Source: Candidatus Gottesmanbacteria bacterium
Lineage (GTDB): Bacteria; Patescibacteriota; Microgenomatia; UBA10105; UBA927
Reading direction: 5' to 3'
DNA length: 64,000 nt
Assembly (NCBI GenBank): GCA_963714095.1
Contig: OY970230.1
Span: 198,206-262,205, forward strand
Shown here: positions 9,649 through 19,940 of the stretch, in pieces
How positions within the stretch are numbered: position 1 is the stretch's first letter
Layout of the letters: every line of letters starts with the position of its first letter
The notes under the pieces: model-generated
What the model was told of the DNA's origin: nothing
Seen by the model: only the letters and a program-made list of their open reading frames with translations
Database searches by the model: none
Translations under genes and position numbers: made by a program

Positions 9649-10786
9649 ACGCTTCTATCCAAACTCTGTCCTGTTGTTGGGCTATCCTGTCCCACGAATA
9701 TTCTTTTTCTATAAGCGCACGGGCGTTATGTACGATATCCGCACGCTTTTTTGCGTCACGAAGTTTTACTATCGATTCCAAAATTTCATCAGTAGTATCG
9801 GCAACCAAAAAATGTTTTTCTGCTTCTCCCTGCATCCCCGCGATTCCCAAAGAAGAAGCTACAACCGGCAGTCCTGCTGCCATCGCTTCCAATATTTTAT
9901 ATTTTGTCCCGCCCCCGATACGTATAGGAGCCAGCATAATGTCTGCACCGTTGAGTTCATCCTGAATACTGTCTACGCTGCCGGCATAATACGGACCGCG
10001 CGGAGCATATTTACCCACGATACGAAGCTGAGCGTCGGGGTACACTTTGCCAATCGCTGGCCAAATATCATGGATAATGTACTGGGCTGCGTCCCTGTTT
10101 TCCATCCACCGGAAATTCCCGACATATAAAAATTTTGGATTTTTGGACATTATTTTTTTCGGACGGAATGCAAACGCCTTCGTATCTACGCCGTTGGGCA
10201 CGACGGAAACATTGGGCTGCCCTATATACGACCGGTCACTTTCCGACACGGAAATTATCTTTGTTGCCTTTCTCCACACATGCCGTTCCCACAATTTCAT
10301 TTTTATGACATCGCGTAAAAGCAGCGGCCGCAGTACACCGATTTTAAATTTCCTCACATAGGATTCATACACGGTATGTTCAATGTTATGTTCGGCTACA
10401 ACTATAGGAATACGGTGCTCCGTCGGAATCGAGGGCCATACGTATCCCGGCTCGATATGGATACAATCATAGTTACCCATGGAAATCTCATCAGATAAAA
10501 GCGCAAGCATCTCACTGTTATGATAACTTTGCCATAATAACGGGTATGAACCGATCATGGATTTTAATAGATATTTCGGCTGCCACACGCGTCCGCGGTG
10601 TACCGTTGTGACACTTTTACAAAATGACAATTCCGGCAAGTATTTCTTTTCACTTTCTGACCGGATAAACGAATAAAGATGGATCTCGTGTATTCCCGCG
10701 AGGCGTTTCAGTAAATTATATATGCGGATCTGACCTCCGGAGTACAGCGGGTATGGCAATATTGCTGATACGAATAAAATCTTCAT
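9638..10786 (-). CDS. Glycosyltransferase family 4
   Basis: FLYVGNFRWMENRD...GGTKYKILEAMAAGLPVVAS is the GT4 C-domain signature. Confidence 0.8.
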   Translation of the reverse strand: MKILFVSAILPYPLYSGGQIRIYNLLKRLAGIHEIHLYSFIRSESEKKYLPELSFCKSVTTVHRGRVWQPKYLLKSMIGSYPLLWQSYHNSEMLALLSDEISMGNYDCIHIEPGYVWPSIPTEHRIPIVVAEHNIEHTVYESYVRKFKIGVLRPLLLRDVIKMKLWERHVWRKATKIISVSESDRSYIGQPNVSVVPNGVDTKAFAFRPKKIMSKNPKFLYVGNFRWMENRDAAQYIIHDIWPAIGKVYPDAQLRIVGKYAPRGPYYAGSVDSIQDELNGADIMLAPIRIGGGTKYKILEAMAAGLPVVASSLGIAGMQGEAEKHFLVADTTDEILESIVKLRDAKKRADIVHNARALIEKEYSWDRIAQQQDRVWIEAYEH

Positions 10787-10790
10787 GAAT

Positions 10791-12236
10791 TTACTTTGCC
10801 GCAGCAGGTGTCGCTTCTTTTGGCTTTGTTAAATCAATGATTGCAAATGTATCGTTCCGTACTAATACCGTGTACTTTGCGGCAAGGTCGCGGGTCTCAG
10901 TATCGGCATCGGTTGGTGACACGGTGACGTATGCAGTTGCTCCCATGGCGATTTTCTTATCGATATCAAACCCCTCGGGCCAACCCTGACGCTGGGTCTG
11001 ATACAAAAATGTCGTGTCTCCGTTATATGGCGCTATCACTTTGGCATCTTTCGGAAGTATAGCGTCGGCGGCTTTCCCCGCCGCAACAATTTCAGGATGA
11101 TTAATCCAATAATATGTCCGTATCGTAAACCATGAAAAACCGAGCGCCGCGGCTATACTTAGAATCGCGACGATAATCCCGGGAATTTTCATTCTGAACA
11201 GTGATACGAAGCCTTTCGCGGTATAAATCGCGACAACCGGAAGAATAAGAATTTGATAATAATCATGCTGGACGTTGCCTGTGGCAAAAATAATAAAATA
11301 CAGAAGAGTTCCGACGGCTAACCATCGGAAAATCCATCCTTCTTTTTTATCCGCAGATGACGCCAGGCCTAAACCGAACGGGATAAGCCCCCAGAATCCG
11401 AGGATAAGATCTCCCAAACGGGTCGCAAAAAGCCAGTGAAACCATGCGCCTTTGAAGCGGATACCGTTGCCGTTTAATAACCATGTACTTGCCGGAATGC
11501 CTTCCGGAAATTGAAGTATCCAGCGGCGCCATAATAAAAGTGGGATCACCGAAATAGTGCCGTACAGAAGGTATTTAAAAAATGTTTGTTTCGAAATACC
11601 AGATTGCCTAAAAATAATATACGGGATGGGAATAAGAAGAAATACCGCCATGGGTTTAGACAACAATGCCAATGCGCCTGCAATAGCGCTGACAATGACC
11701 CAGCGAAAATTTTTCCTCCGCCCGACCAGCCACAAACTCAACACGGACCAGAATACCATCTGCGGATCCGGCAGTATGGTTCTGCCGTAGTACATACTGT
11801 ACGGCAGTACAGCAAAAAGAAATGCAGCAAACAAACCGGTAACAGGGTCAATATATTGGGCTACCAATAGTCCTAAGACAACCGTTGTTCCGGCGGATGC
11901 CGCGATCGTCACGATTCGGAGCCACACTTCAATCGGAATCTTCGGAATACTCAATTTGCCCAATACCGCAATAACCTGATAGATCGGGAATTCCACCATC
12001 CGCCAGCCCTGCGGGTTATCTTTACCGGATTGAATGTTCGAGAGGTCATCATATCTCGGGTGTAGTGGGTCTATCCCGAACCGCAAAAAATTCCGGGCAA
12101 CAGCAGCGGTATCGGCCTGGCGCCAACTATGCCAGTCCGCGACCGGATACGTAATATGGTATAACCGCACACCACAAGCCGCCACGCCAATACAAAACAA
12201 AAGGGGAATAAAATATTTAGCGATAAATTTTCCCAT
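10791..12236 (-). CDS. Polytopic membrane protein, candidate GT-C-fold glycosyltransferase (ArnT/PMT-like)
   Basis: About 12 predicted TM segments. An acidic loop motif follows TM1 (DWHSWRQADTAAVARNF), as in GT-C first periplasmic loops. Confidence 0.5.
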   Translation of the reverse strand: MGKFIAKYFIPLLFCIGVAACGVRLYHITYPVADWHSWRQADTAAVARNFLRFGIDPLHPRYDDLSNIQSGKDNPQGWRMVEFPIYQVIAVLGKLSIPKIPIEVWLRIVTIAASAGTTVVLGLLVAQYIDPVTGLFAAFLFAVLPYSMYYGRTILPDPQMVFWSVLSLWLVGRRKNFRWVIVSAIAGALALLSKPMAVFLLIPIPYIIFRQSGISKQTFFKYLLYGTISVIPLLLWRRWILQFPEGIPASTWLLNGNGIRFKGAWFHWLFATRLGDLILGFWGLIPFGLGLASSADKKEGWIFRWLAVGTLLYFIIFATGNVQHDYYQILILPVVAIYTAKGFVSLFRMKIPGIIVAILSIAAALGFSWFTIRTYYWINHPEIVAAGKAADAILPKDAKVIAPYNGDTTFLYQTQRQGWPEGFDIDKKIAMGATAYVTVSPTDADTETRDLAAKYTVLVRNDTFAIIDLTKPKEATPAAAK

Positions 12237-12239
12237 ACA

Positions 12240-15233
12240 TTATTTTTCGACTTTCATAAGCTGTTTCAACTGATAGTTTTCGAAAATAAATCTCTCCGCT
12301 GCAAACCCTACTTGTACTGGCGTGCTATATGCGGCTTCAGGCGTTGAAACGTTTGTCGTCGTATACCCATATGCATTCAACCGGAAAATATGCCACAAAG
12401 GATCCGCTAACCCTGTCGGGAAAATCCACGCGCGCCCGTACCTGATTGGCGTATTGATAAATATGAAACTGGTATATTGCCGAAGCGGGAAAAATTGCTT
12501 ACTTAAAGCAAGAAGTGTATTCTGGGAAACGGAACTTGCTTTTTTCCAATCAGTACTCAAACGCCCGATTTCCGACACATTCCATACGATAAGTCCTGCG
12601 ATTGCGGCAACGACAACGAATTTCACGGCGGCCTGCCGTGAGCGTTTCCACCATACAGATATCCCCGTACCCAGTGCCACAATAAAAAATCCGCTCGCGG
12701 CAAACACGTACCGTTCACTCATGTTTCCCAACCCGATAAATGCCAAAAGTGCAACGAAGCCGCATAATGCCCAGAAAAACACTGCGCGGTACGCGGCAAC
12801 GCGGCGCCAAACTTTCCATACGCATGCGGCAACGCCACCGATAAGCAATAACCCAGTCCCCACGGCAATCATGCGATGAATCCGCAGATACTCCCGCAGT
12901 ATTCCCCAGGATTCAATGACGCGGGTTCCGAAAAAGGTTGAGACGACATAGCCGACGGTGTTTCCGATAACGTTAAACGGCAACGTCGAGAGTTTGTAGC
13001 CATAATCTCCTGATGGAGGCACAGCACCCGAAGCAGTCCTGACAATCCAATACAGCGGTATTGCTATCAAAGGTAAGAACGTTGTCCAGTGGCGTTTACC
13101 CAGTATTACCCACGCAACGAGACAGTAAATAAGAGGCGCGACGATCATCCCATCATATGAGAGCATAGCGGACACGAGTAAAAGGAGTGACGCACAATAT
13201 ACTACCCATTTACCCCATGTAGGGCGCCGTCCGTACATCACCAAAAGAACGATACTGCCGAACAAACTGGCTGCAGAAAGTAAACTGCTCTGCCCTGAAA
13301 TCCAAAAAACATTTTCGTTGTGTATGGCAAGTGAAGTAAAGAGCAAGGCAAAAACCAGCGCTACCCAACGTTTGACGTCCGTCAGAACCAGCAGAAGATA
13401 CACAAAATACGCGCTTACGGCCAAAAGCAGGTACGACAAGAAGTGATACCCTTCGGGCTTCAGCCAAAACACCGCATACAGGACAAAATACCAAAACTTC
13501 GGTATCGGACGATAAAAAAATCCCTGGGCATTCGTAAAGTACGAAAGCAAACCCGAGAACGGCGTACTGGCTGCCCACCGCAGCCAGGTAAAATCATCCG
13601 CGACGAAATAGTTAGAAATGGAAGAACCGAAAAGCACAATGGCTGCCAGAAATAAATACATGGCATATGCGATATCATGCGTTAATGCGCGCCACATCAG
13701 TCTCATATAATCCGTAAACCGAAATTCAACCGTCGTAAGGAGTGCAAGCGCGACTCCAAGGAGTAACCATAACGTAAAGGCCACCTTCGACGCTTCAAAC
13801 ACGTCAATAAGAATCCCGTTAAATATTAAACCCGTGAGACCTCCGAATACGCCGACAACAAACGCCTTCTGATATCCGACGAGCGTTTCTTTCCGCCTGA
13901 AAAATATAACATAGGCGGCAAGAAGTATCCCTAAAAACGCAACAGTTCCCAATATGCCGGTTTCACCCAGCATCCTGACATAATCGCCGTCGGATGCCAC
14001 TGATAGCGTCGAATAGCCGCTCCCCAACAGGATATTCCGTTTGAAAGCGGTCATTGCTAGAGGCCACTCCCCCTGCAGACGCGTCGTGATGGAAATGTCA
14101 TAAACGAGCGCCTTCTGGATGAGGAAGCTTCCGGAAACCGTAGCGATTTCTCCCGTTCCGCTTTCGAGACTCACGCTGGTGTAAGAAATCGTCTTTACCT
14201 GGCTCGAAGCCGAAGCAGGCGCCTGCGACGCAGGCAAACCGATATATTCACTTCCTGTCGGCAAATTTTCCACAGCCGGAGATGCAGACTGCTGAACAAC
14301 CGCAGTTGTCCCTTCGAGGGACGCAAGTGTCCCGACCGGTTTACCGGTAGACAAATCCACAATGACGTCATTATATCTGAATGTTTTATAAAACCGATCC
14401 GATGCACCATTAAAAAAATTCAGCAGGAAAAAACTGAAGAGTATAACCGGAATGATAAACCATTTCTTTTTATACCAAAAAAGCATCACGCTTATCGCGA
14501 CAAGATACACGAGAAACGACGTCCGTGATTGTGTGAGAAACAGCATGACGAGCGATCCGACGGACACCATGAAAAATATAATTTTCTGCCACAGTTTATT
14601 GGCCGCAAATACAAACGCGGTAAGAATCGGAACGGTGAAAACGACAAATGCAGCAAGATCATAATGTCCTCCAAAGGTTGAAGGGATGCGCGCCGTAGGC
14701 GGAAGACGAAGCGGTATTCCCTTTGCGAACTGCTCGTTCATCGTCAAAAATGCCGGCCAGCCGAAAAATTTTTCACCAAGTCCGTATACGATAATGCCTA
14801 CTGTTGTTCCCACAAGCGTCCAGATGACCGCCGTAACCAACGACTTCTTCCTGGCAACGACGTCAAATGCTATAAAAAACAGCATCATGTATTCTATCCG
14901 CCGGAGCCAATGCAGCAAAACAAGATGGGGGAAATACCCGACAAGCTTTGGACCGATAAAAATCATGGAAAAGACAGCCGAAATAAGGCCGACGCCCCAA
15001 AAAACAAGAATCGGCCATGTAAGCGGCGTTTTCGGAATATGACGCTGCTGTAGGCGCAGCAGAACATACACACCAACTGCAGCCGCAACAAAAAAATCTT
15101 CCAGGCGTATATAAACAAACGTCCGGATAACATTAATAAGCGGCAACTTCGGATAGAGCGGAATAAACGCCAAAAAAAACAATATCGTCAGTCCGCCGAT
15201 GTTACTGGTTAACCAATGCAAGGCCTTCTTCAT
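12240..15233 (-). CDS. 997-aa fusion membrane protein: N-terminal O-antigen ligase/Wzy-like domain plus a C-terminal second polytopic (GT-C-like) domain
   Basis: The LTQSRTSFLVYLV motif and a large loop ending RMLGETGILG resemble the Wzy_C/WaaL family. A Ser/Thr/Ala-rich linker is present. The C-terminal half has about 10 further TM segments with a VADDFTWLRW motif. Confidence 0.55.
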   Translation of the reverse strand: MKKALHWLTSNIGGLTILFFLAFIPLYPKLPLINVIRTFVYIRLEDFFVAAAVGVYVLLRLQQRHIPKTPLTWPILVFWGVGLISAVFSMIFIGPKLVGYFPHLVLLHWLRRIEYMMLFFIAFDVVARKKSLVTAVIWTLVGTTVGIIVYGLGEKFFGWPAFLTMNEQFAKGIPLRLPPTARIPSTFGGHYDLAAFVVFTVPILTAFVFAANKLWQKIIFFMVSVGSLVMLFLTQSRTSFLVYLVAISVMLFWYKKKWFIIPVILFSFFLLNFFNGASDRFYKTFRYNDVIVDLSTGKPVGTLASLEGTTAVVQQSASPAVENLPTGSEYIGLPASQAPASASSQVKTISYTSVSLESGTGEIATVSGSFLIQKALVYDISITTRLQGEWPLAMTAFKRNILLGSGYSTLSVASDGDYVRMLGETGILGTVAFLGILLAAYVIFFRRKETLVGYQKAFVVGVFGGLTGLIFNGILIDVFEASKVAFTLWLLLGVALALLTTVEFRFTDYMRLMWRALTHDIAYAMYLFLAAIVLFGSSISNYFVADDFTWLRWAASTPFSGLLSYFTNAQGFFYRPIPKFWYFVLYAVFWLKPEGYHFLSYLLLAVSAYFVYLLLVLTDVKRWVALVFALLFTSLAIHNENVFWISGQSSLLSAASLFGSIVLLVMYGRRPTWGKWVVYCASLLLLVSAMLSYDGMIVAPLIYCLVAWVILGKRHWTTFLPLIAIPLYWIVRTASGAVPPSGDYGYKLSTLPFNVIGNTVGYVVSTFFGTRVIESWGILREYLRIHRMIAVGTGLLLIGGVAACVWKVWRRVAAYRAVFFWALCGFVALLAFIGLGNMSERYVFAASGFFIVALGTGISVWWKRSRQAAVKFVVVAAIAGLIVWNVSEIGRLSTDWKKASSVSQNTLLALSKQFFPLRQYTSFIFINTPIRYGRAWIFPTGLADPLWHIFRLNAYGYTTTNVSTPEAAYSTPVQVGFAAERFIFENYQLKQLMKVEK

Positions 15234-16071
15234 ATATTGTGACCAAATCCTGCTTTCCGAGGATTTTACCGATACTAATTGAAACGGTCGCCTTAACCGT
15301 CAACATAAATTTTAACACAGATACCTCCTGCGGTGTTTTGTGCTTCCGATAAAAATACAGAAGCCCGCGGAATATATTTGCCACTGGCGCCCGCTTATTG
15401 CCGCTGGAAGCGGCACCGGTATGAATAAAGCGCGCGTCAGGAGTAAAAAAGACGGAATATCCTTTTCGAGCCGCACGATAGAGAAATTCTATCTCATCCA
15501 TATACATAAATATCCCCTGATCGAATAACCCCACATCATAAAAAGAGTCCCTAGTGCCGAGTAAACATGCTCCTGACACCCAACCAACACGCCTCGTATG
15601 GTCCGGCGAATACCGGGTTATCGATATCTTATCTCCGCGGCAAAACAACATGAGAAATATATACCAAAGGGAAAACTCGGGCCCGCAGGACGGCTGAAGC
15701 GATCCATCCTCGTTGTAGAGTTTTCCTCCGACGAAAGATTTAGGATGTGCCAGAGCAAATTCATATAATTTTTCAAAAGCACCATTGAGCGCATCGATAT
15801 CGGAATTGAGCATAAGAACATAGGTCCCCTTCGCAATATGAAGACCCATGTTATTGGCGGTACCATAACCTACATTTTCCTTATTGAGTATTTTTATTAC
15901 CTGAGGAAATTGTGTATTCAACATCGCAACAGAACCGTCACGGGACGCATTATCGACAACAATGATTTCATATGTCAACTTGGAATGTTTAAGAGTCTCA
16001 ACGATTGACCGCAGACACCGCCCCGTCAAGTGTTTAGTGTTAAAACTGGGGATAATAATTGATAGATCCAT
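15202..16071 (-). CDS. Glycosyltransferase family 2
   Basis: MDLSIIIPSFNT...EIIVVDNASRDGS. Confidence 0.8.
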   Translation of the reverse strand: MDLSIIIPSFNTKHLTGRCLRSIVETLKHSKLTYEIIVVDNASRDGSVAMLNTQFPQVIKILNKENVGYGTANNMGLHIAKGTYVLMLNSDIDALNGAFEKLYEFALAHPKSFVGGKLYNEDGSLQPSCGPEFSLWYIFLMLFCRGDKISITRYSPDHTRRVGWVSGACLLGTRDSFYDVGLFDQGIFMYMDEIEFLYRAARKGYSVFFTPDARFIHTGAASSGNKRAPVANIFRGLLYFYRKHKTPQEVSVLKFMLTVKATVSISIGKILGKQDLVTIYEEGLALVNQ

Positions 16072-16074
16072 ACG

Positions 16075-16638
16075 TCACTGGAAGAGCCTCGAAAACTTCA
16101 GCGTATAGTGAAGATTTTTCGACCGGTCTCGGATATGGCTAGCCGGGACCCCCCCGACCACTTCGTAGTCTCCCACGTCTTTGGTGACGACTGCCCCGGA
16201 TGCTATGACTGCCCCGCGTCCTACATGGACACCGGGTAAAATCGTAACTCTCGTTCCTATGACTGCATAATCATCGATAACAACCGGCGCCGCGACTTCG
16301 ACAAAATCCGGGCTATCTATATCATGCTCCATGGTGTAAATGCGTACTTCACCGGCAATCGACACATTATTGCCTATTTTTAATGGGTGTCCATTCGATT
16401 TTAGATAGGTAACGAAATTTTTCATCCGGCCGTCTAAAAATGCATCATTACCTATCACGGTATTGTGCCCTATCGCGACACCCGCCGGCTGATTAAACTC
16501 CGCACGCCAGTGAATAGAAGAGTCCTTTCCGATTTTAATCCGGAAGAGTGTCCGGTAAAGAAATAAACGAATCGTATGACTCGGAATATAGCCGGTAAGC
16601 GTACAAAGATATACCCAAAAATCTATGAGTGCCCTCAT
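16075..16638 (-). CDS. Hexapeptide-repeat (LbH) O-acetyltransferase, WcaF/maltose-acetyltransferase-like
   Basis: Left-handed beta-helix repeats (IGNNVSIAGEVRIY...ILPGVHVGRGAVIASGAVVTKDV). Start set at the internal ATG (16638), which forms an ATGA overlap with the upstream GT4. The longer extension would overlap that gene by 60 nt. Confidence 0.7.
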   Translation of the reverse strand: MRALIDFWVYLCTLTGYIPSHTIRLFLYRTLFRIKIGKDSSIHWRAEFNQPAGVAIGHNTVIGNDAFLDGRMKNFVTYLKSNGHPLKIGNNVSIAGEVRIYTMEHDIDSPDFVEVAAPVVIDDYAVIGTRVTILPGVHVGRGAVIASGAVVTKDVGDYEVVGGVPASHIRDRSKNLHYTLKFSRLFQ

Positions 16639-17768
16639 ACTTTGCCTCCCACTTTTTCCAATACCTCCAGTGTCTGTTGTGCCGCTTTTTCCCATGTAAA
16701 TTTTTTCACCTGTGCAAGTCCCGCGTCCACACGCTGCCGCCCTTGTATCAGGTTTCTCTGCCGTACTGCCGTAAGAAGCCCGGCAGCGATACTTTCTGCA
16801 CTACCCGCGTCCACATAAATCCCTGCCCTGCCAGCTATCTCAGGAAGACTGGAAACGTTCGAAACGACTACTGGGCATTTATACGCCATCGCCTCCAGAA
16901 CCGGAAGCCCAAACCCTTCGTACAGGCTCGGGAGAGCAAAACAGAGCGCATGTTTGTAAAAAGACGGAAGTTCACCATCAGGCACAAAATCCAAAAATTT
17001 TACGCTCTGAATGACTCCGAATTTTTTCGGAGCGGCAAGGATATCCTCATACAGCCAACCCTTTTTCCCGATGATGACAAGCTGAAGATCGGAGAACTTC
17101 TGCTTATTGGTTCCGATAAACCGTGCAAACGCCTCGATGAGCTTCACATAATTTTTTCTTGGCTGAATCGTGCCTACAGATAGGATAAAATTCCTGCTCA
17201 TATCGTATTTTTTTGTCAACGTTTCAATTGGAACAGAGGAAGTCGTTTTTTTATCCATAGTGAAACCGGGATACATCACAAAAACCCTATCCCCGGATAC
17301 GTGATATTGCCTAATTATAGCATTTTTGCTGAACTCGCTTATCGTCAGTATCCTTGCCGCATGTGCGACTCCATACCCTGTCCATTGCTTCAGCTGATAC
17401 AGATCCTTCGGTTTAAACATTTCGGGATACAACAGGTACGACAAATCCATAATCGCCATCACCCTGGGAACGCGTACAAAACGGGGTATATAGTGCGTCG
17501 GAGAAAACATAACATCAAGTGCAGGCTCCTCTTTCCGAATCGCCAGAGGCAATCCCACCAACGTCCATAATTTCGACGGTCTGCATACGCGATACTGCCA
17601 GTACCTCGTTTCTTTCGGCATATCATTTTGCGCAGACCCGGGCAAAAACACAGTTACGTTGTGCCCAGCCATGAGCGGATAAAGATGCACAAGAATTTCG
17701 TACGCGTACCGGCCGATACCCACGCGGTTAACGACATTTGCTTCATACCCGTCGATTCCTATATTCAT
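16635..17768 (-). CDS. Glycosyltransferase family 4 (full length)
   Basis: MNIGIDGYEANVVNRVGIGRY N-domain plus FALPSLYEGFGLPVLEAMAYKCPVV C-domain. Confidence 0.8.
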   Translation of the reverse strand: MNIGIDGYEANVVNRVGIGRYAYEILVHLYPLMAGHNVTVFLPGSAQNDMPKETRYWQYRVCRPSKLWTLVGLPLAIRKEEPALDVMFSPTHYIPRFVRVPRVMAIMDLSYLLYPEMFKPKDLYQLKQWTGYGVAHAARILTISEFSKNAIIRQYHVSGDRVFVMYPGFTMDKKTTSSVPIETLTKKYDMSRNFILSVGTIQPRKNYVKLIEAFARFIGTNKQKFSDLQLVIIGKKGWLYEDILAAPKKFGVIQSVKFLDFVPDGELPSFYKHALCFALPSLYEGFGLPVLEAMAYKCPVVVSNVSSLPEIAGRAGIYVDAGSAESIAAGLLTAVRQRNLIQGRQRVDAGLAQVKKFTWEKAAQQTLEVLEKVGGKV

Positions 17769-18325
17769 AATGAAAACCCCGGATATATAACGTGGAGTTT
17801 GCTTTCAGGAATGTGCAACAGCTCCATAATGTCTTTTTTTGTCGATTCACTGTCACAAAAAATGGCTGCGCATTCTTTTTTCACCCACCTGAGCCTCCGT
17901 GCATGCGTAGCCACAATACCCATATCCATTTCCTTTAGAAAACGTATCGTCGAAAGATCATGAACGGTTGTCACACCTTTTGCATGGAATAGCGGCGGCT
18001 GCGTCCAATCGCTGCTCCAAAAAACATCCAACGGCCCGGTAAATGTTTCAACAGGCAGAACATGAAAACTGTTCCACATGATGTCCAAGAGTTTCGGCGG
18101 AAGAGGAATCCTCTTTAATTCTACATTTGGATTTATCTTCCTCATTTCCTGAAAAAACTCTTCAAATATATGTTTTTTCCGGAGTGATGCGCCGAATAAA
18201 ACATATGTATTTCCCTTATCAATTTTTAAAAGCGTTTTAACCATGCGCCGGACATAGGCTGCCACTCCGGTGCCCTCGTAGACTATCTGGCTGATATCTA
18301 TTCCGATACGCATATACCCTATCAT
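17765..18325 (-). CDS. Orphan GT4 N-terminal domain (186 aa), no C-domain
   Basis: MRIGIDISQIVYEGTGVAAYVRR... ends VIYPGFSL at the interdomain linker. ATGA-coupled to the downstream full-length GT4. Confidence 0.5.
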   Translation of the reverse strand: MIGYMRIGIDISQIVYEGTGVAAYVRRMVKTLLKIDKGNTYVLFGASLRKKHIFEEFFQEMRKINPNVELKRIPLPPKLLDIMWNSFHVLPVETFTGPLDVFWSSDWTQPPLFHAKGVTTVHDLSTIRFLKEMDMGIVATHARRLRWVKKECAAIFCDSESTKKDIMELLHIPESKLHVIYPGFSL

Positions 18326-18326
18326 C

Positions 18327-19940
18327 TCATTTTTCAGGTAAATAATACAAAAACTCCTGTGCTTTTGCCCGTTGCTGTTGTGTTAACCCTGATACTAAAG
18401 ACTTTTTTATATAGAGACATGTAGGTTTTCCTTCCGAATACCACTGTGCATAGAAAGGTAAAAATTGGGACGGAAAACGCGGATGAACCGGTGCGTCCGG
18501 AGTGCAAAAATCATACAGGATATCCGGCGGATCATGGGTAAACATATCGATCATGGCGTTATAATATTTATCTTTAAATCGGATCGGGTAGTAAAACGAA
18601 TATGAATAAGAAGAACTCCTGCCTGATGCGACATACAAAAACTCATCCGCTCCGTTGGTAAAAAGCGTTTGCTGAGGCACAGTTACTGCTTTAATAACTT
18701 CACTTATCTGCAAATAATTCCCGTAATTGGTGATAAACTCCGTCTGCTCGTCAACGTGCTGGTAGATGAAAGATCGCGGAGAAAATAACACGTAGGCAAC
18801 TAAGCACCCTATGATAATAAAAAATATGTATCGTTTACGGACTACCCAAAGCATTTCATAAAAAAGATACAACGACGAAAACAGGAAAATACCATACCAG
18901 TTTATTTCGTGAAACGCTTCAAAATATTGCAAACCCGGAATTGCAGGCCGGAGATTTGCCAAACCCAAAACAATAAAAAGGAATCCCAATACCCACATGT
19001 TTTTCTTTGTTTTCAGCCACAGAAAAACAGAAAAACCAAAAACGACAGTCAAACATATCAATTGAATACGAAAATCATTCCACCTTCCGGCAATAAGAAT
19101 ATAGAGGGGGTAAAAAAATGACTTAACGACGCCGGTACCGAAAAAATGACCCGCTTGCAGCTCGCTGGGTAATCCTGTCTGTAAATTCAGGGTAATAACA
19201 TTATAAACAAAATCACGGACAGGAAACAATATGAATAATCCCGCGGTTAAAATAAAAAATATAGCGAGGGCGATTTTACCGACATTTTTGAAAAACACAG
19301 GGCGGATAATAATGCCAAAAAGAAATATCGCTACCAACACGTACGGTTCTCGCATAAACACAACAAACCATAGACACAGGGCTGTTAAAACGATCTCCCA
19401 ATGGAACACAGGTTTCTTGCGGAGCGTATGCAATCCCAAACCGGTTAGGTACACGAGGGGATATACGATAAAACCTTCAGCCAGAAACCTATCACCAAAA
19501 ACATAAAATTTTGAAAATTCATATAAGAGTGTATATGCAAATCCGGTTATTCCGAACCTCCAACAGATAAAAACGTCAAAAACAAATCCAAACACTAATA
19601 AAAACTGCCGGTGTTGCAATAACAATGCATATATATTAACCGGATGCCCATAGTGCTGAATAACCAAACTAAGATATGCCATAAGCGGCATGTGGTTAAA
19701 GTAAATTTGTGAATACAGTTGCTTGCCCTTCCCAATAAAATATCCGCCAACATAGTTAAAACAGTCATCGAAACAACCAAACGCATTAATTTTCGGAATA
19801 TAGATCTTATAAAGAAAATAATACACAGGGATAAGAAGAATAAACCAGATCGTCAGGCGTACTAACGGATGTGATAAAACGGCGTTCCATGCAAAAGCAT
19901 TATTCTTTTTTTGCATAAGGATCAGGGGAATAACCATCAC
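18327..19940 (-). CDS. Polytopic membrane protein (537 aa), candidate GT-C-like
   Basis: More than 10 TM segments, with a FGCFDDCFNY acidic motif after TM1. Confidence 0.45.
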   Translation of the reverse strand: MMVIPLILMQKKNNAFAWNAVLSHPLVRLTIWFILLIPVYYFLYKIYIPKINAFGCFDDCFNYVGGYFIGKGKQLYSQIYFNHMPLMAYLSLVIQHYGHPVNIYALLLQHRQFLLVFGFVFDVFICWRFGITGFAYTLLYEFSKFYVFGDRFLAEGFIVYPLVYLTGLGLHTLRKKPVFHWEIVLTALCLWFVVFMREPYVLVAIFLFGIIIRPVFFKNVGKIALAIFFILTAGLFILFPVRDFVYNVITLNLQTGLPSELQAGHFFGTGVVKSFFYPLYILIAGRWNDFRIQLICLTVVFGFSVFLWLKTKKNMWVLGFLFIVLGLANLRPAIPGLQYFEAFHEINWYGIFLFSSLYLFYEMLWVVRKRYIFFIIIGCLVAYVLFSPRSFIYQHVDEQTEFITNYGNYLQISEVIKAVTVPQQTLFTNGADEFLYVASGRSSSYSYSFYYPIRFKDKYYNAMIDMFTHDPPDILYDFCTPDAPVHPRFPSQFLPFYAQWYSEGKPTCLYIKKSLVSGLTQQQRAKAQEFLYYLPEK

